64,000 nt of DNA from NCBI GenBank assembly GCA_018061945.1, contig JAGOTD010000001.1, positions 151,050 to 215,049 on the forward strand. Direction: 5' to 3'. Below are positions 28,201 to 34,611 of the stretch, one piece after another. The notes beneath the pieces were generated by a model. It saw nothing but the letters and a program-made list of their open reading frames with translations, was not told where the DNA came from and ran no database searches. This DNA comes from Candidatus Peribacteraceae bacterium. GTDB taxonomy: Bacteria > Patescibacteriota > Gracilibacteria > Peribacterales > Peribacteraceae. Numbering within the stretch: the stretch's first letter is position 1; each line of letters begins with the position of its first letter. A program made the position numbers and the translations under genes.

Positions 28201-31110
28201 AGCCTCACCGTGCTTATTGTTCAGGTCAAATTCATAATAGTCACCATCGGCCATCAAGACAGTGTCTCCCGCCCGAAGACTGGAGAGAAGTGCAGCCATC
28301 TGACGACAGGCTGTTTGTAGAGTCAGGCAAGTGTTGGCATCGCTCCCTGTTGGACTGAGGTAAAATATTCGCCCTGGGCCAACGGCAGCTGCTGTGGTAA
28401 ACGTAAAATTTCCCGATACCGAGAGCCCGCCTGCACCGCGTGATTTCACGCGGTAGTGGTAAAATGTTGCGGGGGCGAGTCCCGTTAAAGAGACGCCATG
28501 TGTTGTGACCAAAGCAGGATCTACGATCGTTGCACTCCCATACGCAGTTGTCGTCCCATATTCTACCTGGGTATCAGCAGGAATGCTGGTCAGCCAGGTA
28601 ATTGTTGCGCTGTTACTCCCAATACTTTTGACAGTGACAGTATTGATAAACGGTAGACTCTGTCCAGTAGTAGTGAACGTAAAATTATTTGATGTCGCAA
28701 GTCCAGCTGCATTTTTCGATTTCACACGGTAGTGATACGTGGTGGATGGAGATAGTCCGGTAAGCACTTGGCTATGCGACGTAAGAAGACTGACGTTGAG
28801 TGTTGTCGTAATGCCGTACGCTGTCGTGAGTCCATATTCCACCTGCGTATCAGAAGCGACGTCGGTCGACCACGTAATGGTTGCATCTGTGGCGGTGATA
28901 CCTGTGCTACCAACTGCGCTCATGACAGGTACAGACGGAGCGCTGGGATGGCCGCCTACCACTGGCATCGCTCCAATATCGGTTCCATCGTGAGCGGTTC
29001 CTTTGTAGGCTGTATTCGTTGGTACAAAGCCCGCTTTCACGTAATCAATCAGGGCTTTAATAGTAAAACGAGCATCGTAGCCTGGATCATTGCGCTTCTC
29101 TAATTCTTTGAGCGCTGCATCAATCACCTGGGCATCTGTTCCTGTTTTCCCAAGGCTCCTACTCCACTTTACAATACCACGGTCGCGATCCACAAAGCCT
29201 GGGTCGCCGCCCCAGACATCATTGCTTCCAGGCACAGTGCCACTTGCATACCCCCAGTAGACAGTGCCAAGTGATGTGCCCTGAAACGCTGTCGACGTTT
29301 TTACATTCCAAAATCCATTATTGGTGGTTTGAGCAGGATCAAAGGAGTTCACACTCTTGCATCGAGCTGGATCGGGTTGGTAGATCGCACCTTGAGTTGG
29401 CGCGTTTGGCGACCATGCGAGGTTGGATTTAAGAGAAATAATCTGATTGACCGGTGCGCAGATACCCTCACCCATCTGCACCAGAATGCCGTGGTTTTTA
29501 TTATCGGTCGCTGGCACCGTATTATGTTCTACAATACGTCTTTCAAGAGGATCTCCGCGCGGGGTATTGAGCGTACACGATGGCTGACCCTTAAAAGAAA
29601 AATTATCTGCAGCATCTCCCGTTGAAACAGGGAGCACTATATTGTTGCGCACGGTAGCAATCGCTTCTGCAAGACGAGGTGCGGAACCTGACTGAATACA
29701 ATCACCCGAATCTCCAGCACTATTTTCTGGCGATTCAAAAATATTCCCTTGAATAGTGACACTATAATTTGGCACAACCACATAATGTGGATTTTGCGAT
29801 TTGGCATACAAAAGATAGGAATCATGCAAATCACCAGCCAGGCTCCACTTATCGTTGAGCCCCATTCCCATATTCAATATATTCGAAGCAGATTCCCACG
29901 AATGATTCGTCGCTTCTGGTAAACCAACTGATTGGCCGCTGGCAACATTGGCGACTTGCCATCCTTTGGATACATGCAGAGCGATTTTTTTTGATTGGCC
30001 CATCAGCACATCAAAGATTTTCAATTCTTTTGATTGGCTGGCTGGAACGTGCGCAATACTCACTCCTTTTGATTTGCCGCTAAAAACGTCATAGATTCTA
30101 AATCCTTTTGCCTCAAGCAGCGTCATTCCCTCATCAAACACGCAGCCGATAATTTCGCGTATGCCACTGGTTTTCGCTACTCCATTCGTGATAATCACAA
30201 GATTAGATTTATTTTGAGGACTATTGACGAACGTGGTATTGCGAATGCTAAAAATAGTATCGCCCTTGAATACAGCATTTTTGGTATCGATACGACCACT
30301 GGTATTAAATGTACTGTTTTGAATCTCGATATTCGCAGAATTCATGGAAAAATTAGCACCATCTCCAATACGTACAACATCTGTATAATATAGCTTATAA
30401 CGTGCATACGAAGAGTATGCAGCACTTGCAGGGGGATTGCCTGCCACCTGTAGCATGGGAGAATTGGTGGATCTAAAATAGCTGCGACTGCCTGCTGTTC
30501 CGTTAAAAGTAAGAGTGTTCGCATCTCCGGTATAGCCACGCACCAAATATTGAATGGGCGACGGCGCGCGGGAACTGTCCATTTCGATCCCGTTACCAGC
30601 TGAGACTGTTATATTCGCTCCAGTCGTCGCCGTGCCGGTTGAGATAGTACTTCCACGAATAACGAGTGGCGCATTCACAAGCAAAGAACCATACGTTGAT
30701 GTGCCATTATTACTGAGAGCAATAGCCCAAGCAGTAAGACTAGAAGAACTGATACCCACTGTGACTGGCACATCGACAGTGACAGCATGATTCACGATGA
30801 CCATGTCCCCAATATCGGGTGTATCGCCCGATAGTTTGCCCGTATTGCCATTGGCCGTTTGCGCCGCCGGACTTCCTGGATACAAACCGCTGCCAGCTGC
30901 TTTGCCCCAAACCGTTGGATCGGACCAGTTACCAGCTTTGACTGAGGTAAAGGTTTGCGTTGCTGCTTCCACTGGGGTTTTGCTATCGGTGATGGCAACA
31001 GCCATCCACAAGGCAAAGATACTCGTGGCCGCCCACGCGACTGCAATAGAGGTACGTACTTGCTGCTTTGTACCATGAGGCTTCTTGGTCTTCTTTTTTG
31101 TGTGGGTCAT
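25258..31110 (-). CDS. 1950-aa cell-surface protein: N-terminal TM anchor, G8-like motif, two right-handed beta-helix regions, about six FN3-like domains, Ser-rich linkers, C-terminal SLH domains
   Basis: - TM 'IAVAWAATSIFALWMAVAI'.
- G8-like 'KAGNWSDPTVWG...GDMVIVNHAVTVDV'.
- Pectate-lyase-like 'RIFYLSPTGSDANTC...AGDTVLMADGDYYEF' and many 'NN..' beta-helix rungs.
- Repeated 'ATITW.T...A.TQVEYGTT.AYG......L...H...L.GL.P.T.YHYRV.S'.
- SLH-like 'FTDVPPGAYFADAIAKAAALNIVSGYKD' and 'FSDTAKSPYVRDIQLAFNLGIVTGYKDAAGKLTGRFGPNTPVSRADAIVMIMRAL'. Confidence 0.88.
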   Translation of the reverse strand: MTHTKKKTKKPHGTKQQVRTSIAVAWAATSIFALWMAVAITDSKTPVEAATQTFTSVKAGNWSDPTVWGKAAGSGLYPGSPAAQTANGNTGKLSGDTPDIGDMVIVNHAVTVDVPVTVGISSSSLTAWAIALSNNGTSTYGSLLVNAPLVIRGSTISTGTATTGANITVSAGNGIEMDSSRAPSPIQYLVRGYTGDANTLTFNGTAGSRSYFRSTNSPMLQVAGNPPASAAYSSYARYKLYYTDVVRIGDGANFSMNSANIEIQNSTFNTSGRIDTKNAVFKGDTIFSIRNTTFVNSPQNKSNLVIITNGVAKTSGIREIIGCVFDEGMTLLEAKGFRIYDVFSGKSKGVSIAHVPASQSKELKIFDVLMGQSKKIALHVSKGWQVANVASGQSVGLPEATNHSWESASNILNMGMGLNDKWSLAGDLHDSYLLYAKSQNPHYVVVPNYSVTIQGNIFESPENSAGDSGDCIQSGSAPRLAEAIATVRNNIVLPVSTGDAADNFSFKGQPSCTLNTPRGDPLERRIVEHNTVPATDNKNHGILVQMGEGICAPVNQIISLKSNLAWSPNAPTQGAIYQPDPARCKSVNSFDPAQTTNNGFWNVKTSTAFQGTSLGTVYWGYASGTVPGSNDVWGGDPGFVDRDRGIVKWSRSLGKTGTDAQVIDAALKELEKRNDPGYDARFTIKALIDYVKAGFVPTNTAYKGTAHDGTDIGAMPVVGGHPSAPSVPVMSAVGSTGITATDATITWSTDVASDTQVEYGLTTAYGITTTLNVSLLTSHSQVLTGLSPSTTYHYRVKSKNAAGLATSNNFTFTTTGQSLPFINTVTVKSIGSNSATITWLTSIPADTQVEYGTTTAYGSATIVDPALVTTHGVSLTGLAPATFYHYRVKSRGAGGLSVSGNFTFTTAAAVGPGRIFYLSPTGSDANTCLTLQTACRQMAALLSSLRAGDTVLMADGDYYEFDLNNKHGEAGNPITIKALTPKMPRGSNVVIKENAQATRGLVNIHQSEYIIIDGLTAYDCARATCAGFSTRFSRNITILNSIAGRNSKWGFFTSCTPYATLINNEGFRSVAEHGFYISNSADNHLVQGNIAYDNNYIGFHINSDFYSSCASSPYGQVTDGIIKNMLFENNIMYRNGSAAMDFDGVQDSIIRNNVAYDNKKKGITLFQENGAELPKNIEIYHNTVDNIVGPPLRLTKASANIKIRNNIFVQRTAGIISTDIWDYVQYGSVVDSDYNIFAGSRGASELNTWRTNTPEEDNSIAIGSPSDLFVIPYDPANPTAPVDYRLKSTAAGINAGANLPAVGTDILGALRPQGAAWDIGAYEFGASIGLPPPPPSSSASSSSSAPTSDTTPPTLSLITAANPTPTGATITWTTNEAATTQVRYGTTISYGNTTTLNSSLILSHSQALSGLSPSTTYHYQVISTDGASNTATSTDNTFTTPAALDTTPPLLSSIVAMNVLESSATISWQTNENATTQIDYGTTIAYGNSTTLNPALLTAHSVGLSTLTAGTTYHYRVRSKDAAGNEAVSGNNTFTTVATVNTAPLVISLITATGIGNNTATISWTTNIPASTQVKYGTTTSYGDQTPNNPALTLSHSVTLSSLISGTTYNYQVVSTDATSNTATSTNNTFLTLTTTDTTSPFISATRAATTDKTATISWLTDEVSNSQIEYGRHPSYGTSSPLDTVYTTAHTVSIANLTPDTDYHYRVKSKDPSGNLTIGTNQTFSTKARNENGQVTSSRASSTASSSTPTITPVTPAISSPDGGELCTASAAPSRSFTDVPPGAYFADAIAKAAALNIVSGYKDAKNNLTGFFGSSDGVTAAQVSKMALIAAGKEAGSLDLARYVSAMAQLEPLLKQVNPNVPINRALVIHLILKAFAYTPDSSLTVSTFSDTAKSPYVRDIQLAFNLGIVTGYKDAAGKLTGRFGPNTPVSRADAIVMIMRALELRCK

Positions 31111-31145
31111 AATTTTTGGGTATAAATCTTAGTATTATAGCACAA
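31111..31145 (-). promoter_or_regulatory. Extended -10 promoter and conserved short leader (shared with three other SLH genes)
   Basis: The minus strand reads TGCTATAAT-ACTA-AGATTTATACCCAAAAATT-ATG. Compare 39664-39700, 42452-42490 and 45264-45300. Confidence 0.5.
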
Positions 31146-31186
31146 ATTGACTATCTTTAGAACATAACTAAACCATAAAAGAACGC

Positions 31187-31223
31187 AGAATGTAGAACGA
31201 TAGAATTCTACGTTCTACATTCT
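31187..31223 (-). terminator. Hairpin downstream of the LamG gene (probable terminator); a related copy is at 32612-32641
   Basis: 13-bp perfect stem AGAATGTAGAACG / CGTTCTACATTCT with an 11-nt loop. T-rich sequence follows on both strands. Confidence 0.5.
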
Positions 31224-31333
31224 TTGTTTGGCTATTTACACCTCAACTCCAATCGCGCTCATGCTCAGCGATTGTCCGGCCACTGCAAAGACGCTCCCCC
31301 AAGAGCCGCGATAGCTATCCGAGAGGAGAGCAA

Positions 31334-32041
31334 TTACGCGGTAATATCGTAGGAGTAGACAATAACTTCCAAAATCTGACCCAAAAACGGCCGCACCAAA
31401 CCGGCTGACGTGACAGTGCCGCCAACAACAGTGTTATCGGCACCCGATACGTGTCCGAACCAGGCAATGGTACCGATGTTCGAGACAGTGAGTGGATTTT
31501 CCTCTGTACCGTTGAGACTAACGTAATAATCCGTCCCATCGTAGACGACGGCGATCGAATATGTAGTGGAAACAAGGAGCGTCGTGAAACCGTTCACTGT
31601 ATGCTTGGTACCGCCGGCATTGGATTCGATGTACATGTTTCCAGCCGAGCTGATACCAATTTCAAACCAGTTGTTGGCAGTGCCGTTATCGGCGCTCGAA
31701 AACAATACTTGATCGCCACGAGTGGCAAATGCCGTCGCGCCGGTTGTAAAAACAATCAGAACCGTACCCACCGTATGACTGAGTGTGTTGGAGGATACTA
31801 GGTAGTCGTCGCTGCCATCGAACAGAATGCTTGGTACCGCTGTTTGTAGAAATGGACGACTGCCGGAAGTGCTCTGCAATCCACTGTAATTGTCGCCGTT
31901 TTGATTATGCCAATTACCGATAGGATCGTTGTTGGCGGTTGCGGCAGTTGTTCCAGCGCTGTTTTGATACACACCGGCATTCGCTCTCAGATTAATAACA
32001 GGGCTACTAGTTGCCGCTAAAATTGCTGGCTGAATGCGCAT
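31334..32041 (-). CDS. LamG/concanavalin-A-like lectin-domain protein, no signal peptide (left copy)
   Basis: 'SGSRPFLQTAVPSILFDGSDDYLVS...NNWFEIGISSAGNMYIESNAGG...YSIAVVYDGTDYYVSLNG' is the typical LamG_3 pattern. It is about 70% identical by eye to the 33863..34570 product. Confidence 0.75.
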   Translation of the reverse strand: MRIQPAILAATSSPVINLRANAGVYQNSAGTTAATANNDPIGNWHNQNGDNYSGLQSTSGSRPFLQTAVPSILFDGSDDYLVSSNTLSHTVGTVLIVFTTGATAFATRGDQVLFSSADNGTANNWFEIGISSAGNMYIESNAGGTKHTVNGFTTLLVSTTYSIAVVYDGTDYYVSLNGTEENPLTVSNIGTIAWFGHVSGADNTVVGGTVTSAGLVRPFLGQILEVIVYSYDITA

Positions 32042-32050
32042 GTGGGGATT

Positions 32051-32431
32051 TTATGAAGTAACCGTACTAGCACCTTTCACCACCCGCTGCTTGGAATTGG
32101 TCTCGAGAATACAGGCAACGTCACCACTATCGAGCGTCACGTTGGTCGAACCCGGGCCGTCGATAGTGACCGTACTGCCAGAATCGTTGACAATCTCTAC
32201 CTCAAAACCGTTACCCAGCGTCCCCACTGCAGGGAGAGAGAACGTGAGCGACGCAGTCGCCACAAAACGCTTGCCGCTGTCGGCACTTGTGAAAGTGTAG
32301 CCGGAGCTTTTGGTCACTTCCACAACTGCACCAATGTTTTCACCGGTCGATGCATGACCGACTTGCAGGAATGTATTGAGAACATCTCCCCATGTACCAC
32401 TGTCACCGCCGGATGTTGGAAGTCTAGCCAT
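32051..32431 (-). CDS. 126-aa protein with a phage-tail-fibre-type N-terminal motif (left copy)
   Basis: 'MARLPTSGGDSGTWGDVLNTFLQVGHASTG' follows the '..P..GD..WG..LN.FL.V.H' motif seen at the N-termini of tail-fibre/beta-helix proteins. It is about 85% identical to the 33475..33855 product. No signal peptide. Confidence 0.75.
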   Translation of the reverse strand: MARLPTSGGDSGTWGDVLNTFLQVGHASTGENIGAVVEVTKSSGYTFTSADSGKRFVATASLTFSLPAVGTLGNGFEVEIVNDSGSTVTIDGPGSTNVTLDSGDVACILETNSKQRVVKGASTVTS

Positions 32432-32674
32432 AAAGAGAAAGGAGAGAAGTGATCGAATGTACTATTTGGAAAAATAGTATAGAAAATGTGCTATCTATAG
32501 CAATAAAATTACGCAATATTCACCTGTGAAAAATACCTTTATATTGCAGATACGCTATTTGAAAAAAGTATTGCTTTAAAAAATTCGAATCGCAGAAAGG
32601 ATGCAGGGTACAGAATGTAAAACGATAGAATCCTACATTCTACTGTTTTTACCTCGATGACACAGAGGATGTCA

Positions 32675-33160
32675 TCATGATCTAACAGCACTTTTGGCCG
32701 ACGATTTCATCGCCGGCATAGCCGAACTGTTTGTCGATGCCGGAGTAGCAGCCGGAGCCTGGAGCTGAACTGGAACAACATCCAGAATAATATTCTTTGT
32801 CGGGTCGTAGAGCAGTGCGCGCGTTGGTGTCACAATGAGGTAGTCACCGTTTTTTGCGAAATTGTAGAAACTGTTCTTCTCTTTTAACTTGTCCACATCC
32901 ACAATCTGGGCGACGGTTGGGTCAATATCACCAGGAATGGAATACAGCTTACGTACTTTGTCGACAATGCCTTTGGCCATTTCCACATTTTGCGGATTAT
33001 CGCCGCCTGCCTGCAGTTGATCGGCTTGCACTTTTGCCTTCTGTAATTCCTTCGCATAGTCCATGCGTTGCTTATAATTGACGAAAGCAAAAGTACCCAA
33101 GCCAAGTACAAGAGCAATGACCAGAATTTTTCCGAACCCGCCTGACGAAGTTGGAGACAT
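32675..33160 (-). CDS. Small single-pass membrane protein (162 aa) at the centre of the inverted duplication
   Basis: From the ATG at 33160: 'MSPTSSGGFGKILVIALVLGLGTFAFVNY', one TM helix followed by a soluble domain. The track start at 33247 adds 29 unlikely codons. Confidence 0.55.
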   Translation of the reverse strand: MSPTSSGGFGKILVIALVLGLGTFAFVNYKQRMDYAKELQKAKVQADQLQAGGDNPQNVEMAKGIVDKVRKLYSIPGDIDPTVAQIVDVDKLKEKNSFYNFAKNGDYLIVTPTRALLYDPTKNIILDVVPVQLQAPAATPASTNSSAMPAMKSSAKSAVRS

Positions 33161-33474
33161 AAAAATGCGTACGAAATAAAGAAAAGAAGCAAATGAATTA
33201 TACACATGGCAAAGGGTCTTGCAATGCAGGCGTGTAGCTTCATACACTTATTTGACGCACAAGACACTATAATCTTAGGAAGAATAATCCCTGCGGAAGA
33301 ACCGCGTGCATAGTATTTTTTTTCTACAATCGACAGAGCTGAAAATGCTTCTTTTACAAGCGAAGATATTGATGGGCAATATATTGCTTTTAAAGTAATT
33401 GATTCATAAAAAAACATTCGTATACTTGATCAGCTATTGATGCATTTCGTTCAATACTACCTTCATTTATTTTT

Positions 33475-33855
33475 ATGGCACGACTTCCGGTAAGTGGCAG
33501 CGACAGTGGCACATGGGGAGATGTTTTGAATACTTTCTTGCAAGTCGGTCATGCATCGACCGGTGAAAACATTGGTGCGGTTGTGGAAGTGACTAAAAGC
33601 TCCGGCTACACTCTGGTTGCAGGCGATAGCGGCAAACGTATTGTGGCAACAGCTGCCATTACTATTTCTGTGCCGGCTGTCGCTACACTAGGTAATGGTT
33701 TTGAAGTGGAGATTGTCAATGATTCCGGTGGCACTGTGACGATCGATGGACCAGGATCGACCAATGTCTCGCTCGATAACGGCGACGTCGCCTGCGTTCT
33801 GGAGACGAATAGTAAACAACGGGTCGTGAAAGGGCCTTCTACTATTGTTTCGTGA
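33475..33855 (+). CDS. 126-aa protein with a phage-tail-fibre-type N-terminal motif (right copy)
   Basis: 'MARLPVSGSDSGTWGDVLNTFLQVGHASTGENIGAVVEV...'. Paralog of 32051..32431 on the opposite strand. Confidence 0.75.
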   Translation: MARLPVSGSDSGTWGDVLNTFLQVGHASTGENIGAVVEVTKSSGYTLVAGDSGKRIVATAAITISVPAVATLGNGFEVEIVNDSGGTVTIDGPGSTNVSLDNGDVACVLETNSKQRVVKGPSTIVS

Positions 33856-33862
33856 TTCTCCT

Positions 33863-34570
33863 ATGAGAGCATTTTCTGCCGTTGTGGCATCGGCGAGAGC
33901 TCCATTCATGCATTTTAAAGCGATCAATGGCTTGTTTCAGAGTTCGGCAGGCACGACGCCCGCAACCGCCAACAACGATCCTGTCGGCTATTGGCATAAC
34001 AATAATGGCGATAGTTACAATATTTCGCAGTCCACAACGGATAGTCGGCCACTTCTGCAGACCGCACTTCCGAGCGTTCTCTTTGACGGCACGAATGACT
34101 ATCTAGCGTATGCCGGCTCGACCAGTACGACAGTCGGAACAGCGATCATCGTGTATAAAACCGGCGCCACTGCTTTTTCCAGTCGCGGCGCTCAGGTGCT
34201 GCTTTCCAGTGCCGATACAGGAAGCGCCAACAACTGGTTTGAAATCGGCATCAGCTCGGCTGGGAAAATATACATCGAATCCAACGCCGGCGGCACCAAG
34301 AATACCGTCACCGGTTTGACGATTCTTTCCGTATCGACTGCCTACTGTGTGGCTGTTATGTACGATGGAACAGATTACTATGTCAGCATCAATGGAACCG
34401 AGGAAAATCCGCTCATTGTCTCGAACGTCGGCACCATTGCCTGGCTGGGTAACGTATCAAGTCCTAACAATATCGTTCTGGGCGGCACTGTCACATCGGC
34501 CGGGCTCGTGCGCCCGTTTCAAGGCGAAATACTTGAAGCGGCATTGTATGCGATAGATATTTCCTCGTAG
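33863..34570 (+). CDS. LamG/concanavalin-A-like lectin-domain protein (right copy)
   Basis: The ATG at 33863 lies 7 nt after the upstream stop, mirroring the 9-nt gap in the left copy. 'TDSRPLLQTALPSVLFDGTNDYLAY...NNWFEIGISSAGKIYIESNAGG'. Confidence 0.75.
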   Translation: MRAFSAVVASARAPFMHFKAINGLFQSSAGTTPATANNDPVGYWHNNNGDSYNISQSTTDSRPLLQTALPSVLFDGTNDYLAYAGSTSTTVGTAIIVYKTGATAFSSRGAQVLLSSADTGSANNWFEIGISSAGKIYIESNAGGTKNTVTGLTILSVSTAYCVAVMYDGTDYYVSINGTEENPLIVSNVGTIAWLGNVSSPNNIVLGGTVTSAGLVRPFQGEILEAALYAIDISS

Positions 34571-34611
34571 ACAGATAATCCCTATTTTCAGCAGTTCAAT
34601 TCTTCTCTCCT

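Noticed and set aside
31334-34570. Mu G-segment/shufflon-type invertible tail-fibre switch.
   Set aside because: No invertase or recombinase gene is in the window. The arms are only ~80% identical at nucleotide level, without obvious crossover-site repeats at their borders. The copies are transcribed divergently, each with a complete 5' end, rather than sharing a constant N-terminal exon.
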